From a virus: a stretch of DNA of 64,000 bases. Shown here in pieces: positions 24,448 to 32,520 of the stretch; position 1 is the stretch's first letter; each line of letters begins with the position of its first letter. Both the position numbers and the translations under genes were made by a program. The notes below the pieces were generated by a model. The model had not been told where the DNA came from and did not search any database. It saw only the letters and a program-made list of their open reading frames with translations. The stretch lies in IMG/VR virus record IMGVR_UViG_3300037454_000146, positions 1 through 64,000 of that record. The stretch is one strand, 5' to 3'.

Positions 24448-24996
24448 ATGAAACCATTGATTGCGTGTTTGGGAGTCTCAGGCTCTGGCAAAACAACCTT
24501 AGCTAATAAACTCGCTAAAAAGTATGGCTATTCTGTTTTGAAATCTTATACAACAAGACCACCGAGAGAGAATGATGATGCAGACCTTTCTTCTCATTCA
24601 TTCTGCGATATGAAAGAAGCGGCGTTCTTCTCGGAACAGAAGCAAATTGTTTGCTCAACGTGGTTTGCAGGGAATTTTTATTTCTGCACTAAGAATCAGC
24701 TTGATAGTAGTGACCTGTATGTGCTCGATACGAAAGGGCTGAAAGACCTGTATCGCAACTATCACGACAGACCAATCATCAGCATTTTGCTTGATGTGGA
24801 CAGTTCAATAGTAGCAGAAAGAATGTCGAAGCGCGGCGATAGCGATGAAGAAATATTCAAGCGTCTACAACATGACGCTGAAGCCTTTAAAGATGCAAGG
24901 GATTATGTGGATTTCGTGTGCGACAATAGCACTCAAGACAAGTGTAACGAAATCTGTGAATTTATAGATATGTTATTCAGATATTACAAGGGGTGA
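24448..24996 (+). CDS. guanylate kinase-like dNMP kinase
   Basis: P-loop GVSGSGKTT and KSYTTRPPRE (the TTR.PR.GE motif of guanylate kinases). Confidence 0.65.
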   Translation: MKPLIACLGVSGSGKTTLANKLAKKYGYSVLKSYTTRPPRENDDADLSSHSFCDMKEAAFFSEQKQIVCSTWFAGNFYFCTKNQLDSSDLYVLDTKGLKDLYRNYHDRPIISILLDVDSSIVAERMSKRGDSDEEIFKRLQHDAEAFKDARDYVDFVCDNSTQDKCNEICEFIDMLFRYYKG

Positions 24997-25000
24997 GATT

Positions 25001-25099
25001 ATGGGATATGTTATTAGTGGCGTAGCGTTTGCGGTAATGTGCGTATGCGCTTTTATAATGTACTCTTGTTGTGTTATAGGAGGCAAGCATGAGCGTTAA
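25001..25099 (+). CDS. small TM peptide (32 aa)
   Basis: MGYVISGVAFAVMCVCAFIMYSCCVIGGKHER. GGGGTGAG upstream. Overlaps the next start. Confidence 0.3.
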   Translation: MGYVISGVAFAVMCVCAFIMYSCCVIGGKHER

Positions 25100-25298
25100 G
25101 ATTTATACGATGCCGTCCATCAAGGGATATGATTTGATGTATGCGTTGGACGAAAAGGACGTTCCGTATGAGGTCGAAACTCCCACAATGGGGTGGAGCG
25201 CAAGAAATAAGATTAAGGAACTGCCCGTTCTCGAAGTAGACGGCAAGCTGCTTGATTACCGCAAGGCGATGAAGTGGATAAAGAAGTATAAGGGGTGA
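25089..25298 (+). CDS. glutaredoxin-fold protein without CxxC
   Basis: Same length and C-terminal pattern (LPVLEVDGKLL..RKAMKWIKK) as the next ORF, but the active-site position reads MPSIKG. Confidence 0.55.
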   Translation: MSVKIYTMPSIKGYDLMYALDEKDVPYEVETPTMGWSARNKIKELPVLEVDGKLLDYRKAMKWIKKYKG

Positions 25299-25304
25299 TA
25301 CGAG

Positions 25305-25505
25305 ATGATAACACTGTATAGCACACATTGTCCGAAATGTAAGATTTTAGAGAAGAAATTAAACGATGCTAATATCGAATATATAGTCTGCGACGATAGA
25401 GAGTTTATGTCACAGAAGGGATTCGATTTTATGCCTGTACTGGAGGTAGATAGCCAAATTATGGGCTTTGGAGAAGCAGTTAAATGGGTAAATGAAAGGA
25501 GTTAA
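25305..25505 (+). CDS. glutaredoxin-like protein (NrdH/Grx type, CPKC)
   Basis: ITLYSTHCPKCKILEKKL ... MPVLEVDSQIMGFGEAVKW. Immediately upstream of nrdD. Confidence 0.7.
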   Translation: MITLYSTHCPKCKILEKKLNDANIEYIVCDDREFMSQKGFDFMPVLEVDSQIMGFGEAVKWVNERS

Positions 25506-25507
25506 AC

Positions 25508-27469
25508 ATGGCAAAAAAGCAGACATCGACTATCAATATTGGGATTACTCTTGACAAGGATTTCATTACCCAATACAACAAGTTACAGGCAGAATACGGC
25601 TCTGACATAGCTCAGTTGAATGGATTTGGCGACGATCAGTTATCTTATACCGACTTCATAGACAACTTCATTGATAATGATACAGTTGCCGATGTGAGCG
25701 TAGATGGTAATAGCAACGTAAGACGCAAGGATATAGTCACCCTTATCACTGAAATGCCCAAACCGCACAGAAAACTTCTTGCCTACAACAAAATCTATTT
25801 TGAACTTAAAAAGAAGTATGGTTTTAAGACAGCAAATACATGGCTTGAATATGAATGGACTGGTAAACTGTATCTTCATGACGCAGACACAAGTTCAATG
25901 AAGCCTTATTGTTTTGCTTACGACCTTAAAGACCTTGCAGAAAAGGGGCTTTATTTCTTAGGCATAACAAATAGTCAGCCAGCACAACACCTTACTACCT
26001 TTGTTGACTTTATTAAGGAGTTTATTTCCTTTGCAAGCAATAGATCAAGCGGCGCAGTAGGACTTCCAAATATTATTCCTTATATGTATTATTACTGGCG
26101 TAAGGATGTACAGTCTGATTATCTTGGTATAAAATCGAGTGGCAATGAAAAGAAGTATGCCATTCAAAACTTCCAGAGATTTATCTATGCTGTCAATCAG
26201 CCATGTGTAAGAGATGGTCAGCAGTCAGCCTTTACAAATACAACGGTGTTTGATAGACCGTATTTTGAAGCTCTTTTTGGCGGCTCTGAGTTCCCCGATG
26301 GCACATTTATGATAGATGCAGAGGAAGAAATTATAGAGTTCCAGAAATGGTATATGGAGACTATGGCTGAGATACGCTCCGAGAATATGTTTACGTTCCC
26401 TGTATCGACTATTTCTCTTATCCGTAAAAATGGTAAGTTTGAGGACGAGGAATTTGCAACATGGGCTATTAAGCACAACATGAAGTGGTGCGATAGCAAT
26501 ATGTTTATTGATAAGGACGTAACATCGCTCTCAAATTGTTGCCGCTTGAAGTCCTCAATTCAAGATTTAGGTTACTTCAACAGCATTGGTGGTACTGCCT
26601 TAAAGGTTGGCTCTGTAAAGGTAGGCACTATAAATCTTGCGAGAATCGCCCTTGACACAGAAAGCGAAGCGGAATACATCGCAGAACTTAGAAAGCGCAC
26701 ATTGATTGACTTAAAGGTATTAGACATTGTGAGAACTATCATACAGCGTAATGTAGAAAAAGGCTTACTTCCAAACTTTACCTATGGACTGATAGATTTT
26801 GAACATCTGTACAACACAATCGGCTTTACAGGCGTTTACGAAAGTATGAAAAAATTTGGACATACCACTATAGATATTTTTAATAATACTTCTTACACCA
26901 AAGAAGCAGAAACCTTTGGCAAGAAGATATTTGATACAATCCGTAAGACAGCCGACAAGTTCATAGAAGATAATGGTTGTGATTATATGGTATCGTTGGA
27001 ACAGTCTCCGGTTGAACAGGCTGCAAGCAAGCTTATTCGCAAGGATAAGTTCTTCTATCCTGACGCTGACATATATGATTTGCCCGTATACGGTAATCAG
27101 TTTATGCCATTAGGCATCAAATCTACTTTGCAGGAACGCATTAGAGTACAAGCATTGTTTGACGGTTTCTGCTCTGGTGGTAGCATTCTCCACGCTAACA
27201 TTGAATCACCTTTTGATAGTTACGAAAAGGCGAGAACGATGACGGAATATGTCGCGGATCAAGGTGTAACATACTTCGCGTGGAACACTAAGATACAGAC
27301 CTGTAAACACAATCACGCTTTTTACGGAGATATTTGCCCTAAGTGCGGAGAGCCTGTAGCAACGGAATATACTCGTGTGGTTGGGTTCTATACACCAATT
27401 GAGAGCTGGTCAAGCGACCGCAAAGCTGAATACAAGCTTAGACAGTGGGAGGGCGTTAATGAGAATTAA
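25508..27469 (+). CDS. nrdD: anaerobic ribonucleoside-triphosphate reductase (class III)
   Basis: 653 aa. C-terminal Zn ribbon CKHNH...CPKCG followed by the glycyl-radical motif TRVVGFYTP. Confidence 0.85.
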   Translation: MAKKQTSTINIGITLDKDFITQYNKLQAEYGSDIAQLNGFGDDQLSYTDFIDNFIDNDTVADVSVDGNSNVRRKDIVTLITEMPKPHRKLLAYNKIYFELKKKYGFKTANTWLEYEWTGKLYLHDADTSSMKPYCFAYDLKDLAEKGLYFLGITNSQPAQHLTTFVDFIKEFISFASNRSSGAVGLPNIIPYMYYYWRKDVQSDYLGIKSSGNEKKYAIQNFQRFIYAVNQPCVRDGQQSAFTNTTVFDRPYFEALFGGSEFPDGTFMIDAEEEIIEFQKWYMETMAEIRSENMFTFPVSTISLIRKNGKFEDEEFATWAIKHNMKWCDSNMFIDKDVTSLSNCCRLKSSIQDLGYFNSIGGTALKVGSVKVGTINLARIALDTESEAEYIAELRKRTLIDLKVLDIVRTIIQRNVEKGLLPNFTYGLIDFEHLYNTIGFTGVYESMKKFGHTTIDIFNNTSYTKEAETFGKKIFDTIRKTADKFIEDNGCDYMVSLEQSPVEQAASKLIRKDKFFYPDADIYDLPVYGNQFMPLGIKSTLQERIRVQALFDGFCSGGSILHANIESPFDSYEKARTMTEYVADQGVTYFAWNTKIQTCKHNHAFYGDICPKCGEPVATEYTRVVGFYTPIESWSSDRKAEYKLRQWEGVNEN

Positions 27470-27935
27470 GGGCTTGGTAGACGAAGATTTTGTCAATTAC
27501 AAGTTGCCTTCTATGTTTATTGCTACATCAAAATGTAGTTTCAAATGTGACGCAGAATGTGGCAAAGCGGTATGTCAAAACTTACCGCTTGCTACTGCGC
27601 CTGTAATAGAGGTGGGGAGTAAGGAGCTTGTAGATAGATACATAAACAATACTATATCACAATCAGTCTGTCTTGGTGGGTTAGAGCCGTTTGATGATCC
27701 TGTCGAAATAATGGATTTTATTCGTGAGTTTCGTAGTCGTTGTGACGATGATATAGTTATTTACACTGGCTATTATGAAAATGAGATACAACCATATATT
27801 AACAAGCTACGGACGGGCTTCAAAAATATAGTTATTAAATTCGGACGTTATATCCCCGACCAACAACCTCATTATGATGAAGTTTTAGGCATAAATCTTG
27901 CAAGTGATAATCAAAAAGGAGTACGGATATGTTAA
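27459..27935 (+). CDS. nrdG: anaerobic RNR activating protein (radical SAM-like)
   Basis: ATG 27459 overlaps the nrdD end. Cys cluster KCSFKCDAECGKAVCQN, about 158 aa, in the expected position after nrdD. Confidence 0.6.
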   Translation: MRIKGLVDEDFVNYKLPSMFIATSKCSFKCDAECGKAVCQNLPLATAPVIEVGSKELVDRYINNTISQSVCLGGLEPFDDPVEIMDFIREFRSRCDDDIVIYTGYYENEIQPYINKLRTGFKNIVIKFGRYIPDQQPHYDEVLGINLASDNQKGVRIC

Positions 27936-28132
27936 AAATAATACCTAACCCCGACAGGGAGATGTATGAAACAGTCACTAAGGAAGTCGAAGCAAACGAT
28001 GGGTATTGTTGTTGCCGTCTGTCGAGAGACAGCAACGCTCGCTGTATGTGCAAAGACTTCAAGGAACAGCAAACCGAAGGTTTGTGTTATTGTGAGCGTT
28101 TTATGAAAGTCGAGGTGTCCGAAGATGCTTGA
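27929..28132 (+). CDS. ferredoxin:thioredoxin/disulfide reductase catalytic-subunit-like small Cys protein
   Basis: CCCR-x8-CMC-x11-CYC-ERF resembles the FTR catalytic chain CPCR...CPC...CHCMLF arrangement. 67 aa, overlaps the nrdG stop. Confidence 0.45.
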   Translation: MLKIIPNPDREMYETVTKEVEANDGYCCCRLSRDSNARCMCKDFKEQQTEGLCYCERFMKVEVSEDA

Positions 28133-28373
28133 ATCGTGGGAGATGTGGGAGCGCGAACTTGACGATCACGAAAGCGAATGTGAGTGCTGTGATTGCTGCG
28201 GTAATGCTATACAGGACGGCGAGGCGTATTATGAGATAAACGGCGAAAAGATATGTGAGTATTGTATGGACGATGTATATAGGCGCATTATGGACTATGA
28301 TTGCCGCGACGATGAATACACCTATGAGGACTACCTGACCGAGAAGTACGAAAGGGAACGCCACGATGTTTGA
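28125..28373 (+). CDS. Cys-rich acidic protein
   Basis: CECCDCCGN...CEYC. 82 aa. Confidence 0.45.
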   Translation: MLESWEMWERELDDHESECECCDCCGNAIQDGEAYYEINGEKICEYCMDDVYRRIMDYDCRDDEYTYEDYLTEKYERERHDV

Positions 28374-28563
28374 TGAGACTGTTTGCAACAAATTTCCATA
28401 CGATGAAACCATGCTTTTATGGGTGACTGTTATTGGCGAGAGTGGAACTACATATTATATAGTAAGCGACACTCTCCGCCAAGAGTATTACTTATATAAG
28501 GGTAAAAAGAAAACCGCAAAGAAGTCCAGCAATCCTACGGACTTATATAAATATGTAAAGTAG
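28366..28563 (+). CDS. hypothetical protein
   Basis: 65-aa ORF overlapping the upstream stop. Confidence 0.4.
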   Translation: MFDETVCNKFPYDETMLLWVTVIGESGTTYYIVSDTLRQEYYLYKGKKKTAKKSSNPTDLYKYVK

Positions 28564-28575
28564 AAAGGAGAACTA

Positions 28576-28872
28576 ATGCAGTACAATTCGTTTGCAGAGT
28601 ATCTACAATCTCTACCACCCAACACCGTATTCCGTATGTGGGAATATAAGCGAATGTTTACACCGTATGAGCAAGCCGAGAAATTCAGCGACGAGAGCTT
28701 GTATGTGAATGACGAGTGCGAATTTGTCTACGTTAAAGGTGCAATCACTCTGCCTGACGGCGACTTACTACTGGCAGTTTCGCCCGTAGATTTAAAGGGT
28801 TATGTTGAGTACCATAAACTCAGCGAAATCGCACTTGCAAAAGCAGAAAAAGATATGGAGGAAGAAGAATGA
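28576..28872 (+). CDS. hypothetical protein
   Basis: 98-aa ORF, AAAGGAGA RBS. Confidence 0.5.
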   Translation: MQYNSFAEYLQSLPPNTVFRMWEYKRMFTPYEQAEKFSDESLYVNDECEFVYVKGAITLPDGDLLLAVSPVDLKGYVEYHKLSEIALAKAEKDMEEEE

Positions 28873-29123
28873 ACACATCAGAAAAAATCTCACAGCTTGA
28901 AAAAGAATTGACTGAACTCAGAGCGCAGGAGCGCAAAGAAAAGGAAGAAGCTCGCAAGAAAGCAAGCGAGGACAAAGACAAAGAATTGACCGCAATTAAG
29001 AACGCTATCGTAGCCTTCAACGAAAAACATGGTGATGACCTGAGAGTGGTCAGATACGATATGCACGTACTTCACGATGCTCTTTTCGGCAATTACATTG
29101 AGCGTAATTATATAGAGGTGTAA
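28869..29123 (+). CDS. hypothetical coiled-coil protein
   Basis: 84-aa ORF, GGAGGAAG RBS, ATGA overlap. Confidence 0.5.
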   Translation: MNTSEKISQLEKELTELRAQERKEKEEARKKASEDKDKELTAIKNAIVAFNEKHGDDLRVVRYDMHVLHDALFGNYIERNYIEV

Positions 29124-29124
29124 T

Positions 29125-29706
29125 ATGATTCTGGGTTTCGATCTCGACGGGGTAGTAGTGAATAGTCCTCAAATGGTCATTGCGTATATCAATGAAAGAC
29201 TTGGACTGAACCTTACGATGGACAACTTCACAACATACTGTATGGAGGACGCTCTGCCTGACCAGTACAAATGGATCGTGTCAGCAGCGTTCAAAGACCC
29301 CGAAATGTGGCGCACTGTCAAACTCATAGACGGAGCATACGACACAATCAAAAAGCTCTACGAGGAAGGTCACGAGATTTGGTTTGTGACAAGCAGTTTG
29401 CCTTCCAATCTTCGCAAAAAGATAAATCATTTGGCGCGAAATCTCGATTTTCTACCGAAGGATTACGTATGGCTGCACACGATTAACACGCAGAATAAGC
29501 AGTTAATACGGCTTGATGTATTGGTTGATGACGGACTCTTTAATCTTGTCAGCAATAGAACATACGCCTCGATTTGCTTTGATATGCCGTACAACCGCAC
29601 CGATGACTGGCTTATACCTAATTTCTATAGAGCCTACGGCTGGCACGATGTATACGGCTATATAAAGACGATTGAAAAGGAGCTCAACAATGTGGCTTCA
29701 CCCTGA
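29125..29706 (+). CDS. 5'(3')-deoxyribonucleotidase (HAD, NT5C-like)
   Basis: MILGFDLDGVVV (DxDG motif I), about 190 aa, within the nucleotide-metabolism block. Confidence 0.65.
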   Translation: MILGFDLDGVVVNSPQMVIAYINERLGLNLTMDNFTTYCMEDALPDQYKWIVSAAFKDPEMWRTVKLIDGAYDTIKKLYEEGHEIWFVTSSLPSNLRKKINHLARNLDFLPKDYVWLHTINTQNKQLIRLDVLVDDGLFNLVSNRTYASICFDMPYNRTDDWLIPNFYRAYGWHDVYGYIKTIEKELNNVASP

Positions 29707-29947
29707 CCTTTTGCCCGAAACTGCCGACCCTATTGGCTCTGTGCGGCACAGCAACGTGAATATAGTCCGCGTTTTTGTGCCGTGTCGAGAAGAAGGAAGG
29801 CTGTATCAGTGGGCGCAAGAAGATACATTTATAATATATGACTGCTCGCCAGAATACGGCAATACGGCTTATGAGTGCTTCAAAGGCACGGTGCTTGAGG
29901 AGTGCAACGGGTACTCGTGGTGGCGGTCGCTGAAACAGGAGGATTAG
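29690..29947 (+). CDS. hypothetical protein
   Basis: ATG 29690 after AAAGGAG, 85 aa. Confidence 0.45.
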   Translation: MWLHPDLLPETADPIGSVRHSNVNIVRVFVPCREEGRLYQWAQEDTFIIYDCSPEYGNTAYECFKGTVLEECNGYSWWRSLKQED

Positions 29948-29948
29948 C

Positions 29949-30386
29949 ATGAGTATGCATATAAAGATAAAATATTTTGATAATGAGATAGACAAGATTT
30001 GCAATGTAGAAGGTAAAAGCGACTGGTACGACCTAAGAGCCGCCAAAACCGTAGAGCTCAAAGCTGGCGAATTTGCACTTATTCCTCTCGGAGTAGGTAT
30101 GATTCTCCCCGAAGGCTATGAGGCAAATATCGTGCCAAGGTCAAGCACCTTTAAGAACTACGGAGTTATTCAGACCAACTCTTACGGCGTTATTGATAAC
30201 TCGTATTCAGGTGACAACGACCAGTGGCGTTTCCCCGCATACGCGACAAGAGATACTGTTATTAATAAGAACGACCGAATCTGTCAGTTCCGCATAAACA
30301 AGATTCAGCCTGTAGTAGACTTTGAGGAGGTCGAGCACCTCAACAATGCAGACCGAGGCGGTTTTGGTTCTACGGGCGTAAGGTAA
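29949..30386 (+). CDS. dut: dUTP diphosphatase (trimeric dUTPase)
   Basis: DLRAAK..., [19 protein letters not shown]-terminal [10 protein letters not shown] motif V. Confidence 0.85.
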   Translation: MSMHIKIKYFDNEIDKICNVEGKSDWYDLRAAKTVELKAGEFALIPLGVGMILPEGYEANIVPRSSTFKNYGVIQTNSYGVIDNSYSGDNDQWRFPAYATRDTVINKNDRICQFRINKIQPVVDFEEVEHLNNADRGGFGSTGVR

Positions 30387-30418
30387 AAAATAAGGGGAAC
30401 GATTAATCGTCGTTCCCC
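30385..30418 (-). terminator. rho-independent terminator for leftward (int) transcription
   Basis: Hairpin GGGGAACGA/TCGTTCCCC (30394-30418), followed on the minus strand by TTATTTTTT. No U-tract on the plus strand. Confidence 0.5.
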
Positions 30419-30436
30419 TCTAAGGAGTGAAATAAG

Positions 30437-30628
30437 ATGACAAAATCATTAACTGTTAAAGAAGTGAGCAAAATACTTTGTATAGGATTGAATCAGGCTT
30501 ATGCATTGATGAAAAGCAAAGGTTTTCCGTCTTATCGTATCAACAATAAATATTTCGTCACCGAAGAAAACTTATGTAAATGGCGCGACAATATTAAAGG
30601 TCGCCAAATTCTTCTGAAGGCTGATTGA
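30437..30628 (+). CDS. xis: excisionase-type helix-turn-helix DNA-binding protein
   Basis: LTVKEVSKILCIGLNQAYALMKSKGFPSYRINNKYFV matches the excisionase-family HTH pattern. Adjacent and convergent to int. Confidence 0.6.
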   Translation: MTKSLTVKEVSKILCIGLNQAYALMKSKGFPSYRINNKYFVTEENLCKWRDNIKGRQILLKAD

Positions 30629-31769
30629 GCAATGATATTGCTTTAACCTTCTGTTCTTCGATTATATGAATATAGATATTGTAGGTAATGCTTACATCGC
30701 TATGCCCCAAGATTTCCGATACAGTCTTGGGGTCAACGCCACGCTTAAAGAGCATACTGGCGAACGTATGCCTTAACGAATGGACTCCCGCTGGTTTTAT
30801 GCCAGCGGTTTCTGTTATTTTACGAAACGCACGGTCGAGATTGCGAGGGGATATGAATTTTCCATTCTTGGTTGTGGCGACGTATACTTCGCTATGACGA
30901 TGCTCCCAAAGATATTTGAGGGCGGCTACCGCGTTGTCTGCCAGAGGAATTAGCCTATTGCCCGACTTTGTTTTGGGAGACTGCTCAATCAATTTATACA
31001 CATTTTTTGAATTTTTATCGCGATTGCGGACTTGTTTAAGATTTCCAGATACTCTTAGTGTGCCAGCGTCGAAGTTGATGTTTTCCCATTTAAGGGCGAG
31101 TAATTCACCCACTCTCATGCCCGTATAAAGCAATAAGATGATATACCAACCATTGCTATATTTATATTCGCCATTCTTGTACTTAAATAGCGCGTGCTTT
31201 TTTATCAATTCAATTTCTTCTGCGTTATAAAAAACAATATCTGACAATTCCTTCTTGATTTGTTTGGGGAGAGATATACGGACTGCGGGATTCTTTTTAA
31301 TTTCACCGCGCTCATAAGCCAGTGTGAGGCAAGAGTCTATCGCGTTGTACGCTTTCTTAATTGTGGAATACGCATAGCCCTTATTGGTTAATGTGTTGAC
31401 TAATTCCTGTATGTCGCTCGGAGATAAACTGTGAATCTGAATATATCCAATAAAGGGGAATATCTGATACTTACAAGTTGCCTCAAGCCTGTCGTAAGAA
31501 GAAGGTTTAAGCTCCGTGCGCTTAATATCTTCGAGCCAACGGGTCATATAGGATTCAACCGTAGTCTTTTGGACTTCCTCATATTCGTGACGAATAAGCT
31601 CTTTTTGAAATTCTTTTAACTTTGTTTTGACTTCTCGTTCCGTCTTACCGTAAATAGCTTTGACCTTACGCTTGCCTTGAGCATTATAGCCCATAGTGAC
31701 ACGCGCTGTCCATTTACCGTCCTTGCGTTGCGAGATACTTCCCATGCCTTTTTCGCGACGTTCTGCCAT
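30594..31769 (-). CDS. int: tyrosine integrase
   Basis: N-terminal SAM-like domain (GSISQRKDGKWTARV), catalytic region TGMRVGELLAL ... HSLRHTFASML ... LGHSDVSITYNIYIH. ATG 31769 follows GGAGGTG. Confidence 0.9.
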   Translation of the reverse strand: MAERREKGMGSISQRKDGKWTARVTMGYNAQGKRKVKAIYGKTEREVKTKLKEFQKELIRHEYEEVQKTTVESYMTRWLEDIKRTELKPSSYDRLEATCKYQIFPFIGYIQIHSLSPSDIQELVNTLTNKGYAYSTIKKAYNAIDSCLTLAYERGEIKKNPAVRISLPKQIKKELSDIVFYNAEEIELIKKHALFKYKNGEYKYSNGWYIILLLYTGMRVGELLALKWENINFDAGTLRVSGNLKQVRNRDKNSKNVYKLIEQSPKTKSGNRLIPLADNAVAALKYLWEHRHSEVYVATTKNGKFISPRNLDRAFRKITETAGIKPAGVHSLRHTFASMLFKRGVDPKTVSEILGHSDVSITYNIYIHIIEEQKVKAISLLNQPSEEFGDL

Positions 31770-31817
31770 ACTAACACCTCCTTGATTATAGTATAGCATA
31801 CGGAGGCTAAAAAGTCA

Positions 31818-31840
31818 ATAGGTAATAGATAGGTAATACA
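31818..31840 (+). repeat. two direct copies of ATAGGTAATA (putative integrase arm-type sites, int-proximal arm)
   Basis: ATAGGTAATA-GATAGGTAATACA lies between int and the tRNA-like core. The same motif recurs at 32071-32124. Confidence 0.55.
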
Positions 31841-31903
31841 ATCTTGTGTATATGGTCAAAAGTTGGCTATAAATAGGCGAATAAGACGCATTAGACAAAT
31901 GCT

Positions 31904-31948
31904 CTCCAAAACCGCGTGCCGAGGGTTCAAGTCCTTCTGCCCCTGCCA
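31904..31948 (+). other. attP core: 3' half of a tRNA-Trp(CCA) (anticodon loop to CCA), not a full gene
   Basis: CTCCAAA-ACCGC-GTGCC-GAGGG-TTCAAGT-CCTTC-TGCCCCT-G-CCA parses as anticodon loop, stem, variable loop, T arm, acceptor and CCA. No matching 5' half (AGGGGCA...) upstream. Confidence 0.7.
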
Positions 31949-31956
31949 AAAAGAAG

Positions 31957-31990
31957 GGTCTGTATTCGACGTAATACAGGCTTTTTTCTT
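31957..31990 (+). terminator. rho-independent terminator just 3' of the tRNA fragment
   Basis: Stem CTGTATT/AATACAG (extendable with G.U pairs), followed by a T6-containing run. Confidence 0.6.
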
Positions 31991-32070
31991 TTGTCTCAAC
32001 GCGGTGAATCGAGCGGAATATAATAGTGGTTTTGTTATTTTTTCACGCTTTTTCACTCGTTTTATTATCT

Positions 32071-32124
32071 GATAGGTAATACGATAGGTAATACAAAAAA
32101 AATAGGGTACACGATAGGTTAAAC
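32071..32124 (+). repeat. four tandem 12-nt units (GATAGGTAATAC x2, AATAGGGTACAC, GATAGGTTAAAC), putative arm-type sites (lysis-proximal arm)
   Basis: Direct repeats of the motif seen at 31818-31840, on the other side of the core. Confidence 0.55.
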
Positions 32125-32143
32125 TAACTTATCATGTACCCTA
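32095..32143 (-). terminator. rho-independent terminator of the late/lysis operon
   Basis: Imperfect 14-nt inverted repeat TAGGGTACACGATA / TATCATGTACCCTA (32103-32143), followed on the minus strand by T8 (32095-32102). Directly after the XhlA-like stop. Confidence 0.65.
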
Positions 32144-32146
32144 ATC

Positions 32147-32512
32147 TTATTTAGAGGCAAGAGCCGCGAAAGCCGCGCCCGCCAAAACTACTGCTGCGCC
32201 ACTAACAATAGCGGATATAGCCGCTATCTTTATCTTCTTGAAATTGTTGAGCGTCTCCTTTGCTGGTGCGTTCTCTAAAGTTGAAACCTTGACCGAAAGC
32301 TCTTTTTGATTTTCTTTGACTTCGCCCATGTCCCCTTCGACCCGTTGTAGTGATTGTGCTATGAGGGCAATATTGCTGTTCATCTCGTAGAGCATTTCCT
32401 GTTTCTTTTCAACGTCGCCAACTCTCGCTCGGAGGTCGCCAATTTCCTTGGAATGTGTATCTGTAGTCGCCTTTAATTCGTAAAATTTCTCGTCCGATAT
32501 TGCCATAGCCAA
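32147..32512 (-). CDS. XhlA-like coiled-coil protein with C-terminal TM anchor (lysis accessory)
   Basis: Heptad-rich N-terminal part, C-terminal IAAISAIVSGAAVVLAGAAFAALA, positioned after the endolysin. Confidence 0.5.
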   Translation of the reverse strand: MAMAISDEKFYELKATTDTHSKEIGDLRARVGDVEKKQEMLYEMNSNIALIAQSLQRVEGDMGEVKENQKELSVKVSTLENAPAKETLNNFKKIKIAAISAIVSGAAVVLAGAAFAALASK

Positions 32513-32520
32513 GCTCCTTT

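Noticed and set aside
31856-32072. ORFs 31856..32056 (minus) and 31863..32072 (plus), and a possible complete tRNA gene.
   Set aside because: The region is the attP core, terminator and arm repeats. Only the 3' 45 nt of a tRNA-Trp are present. Upstream sequence cannot form the acceptor, D or anticodon 5' strands.
30437-32146. CI/Cro-type lysogeny switch next to the integrase.
   Set aside because: Only xis, int and attP are present here. No repressor-like HTH/peptidase gene was recognised anywhere in the window, so the immunity region is presumably outside it or too divergent to recognise.
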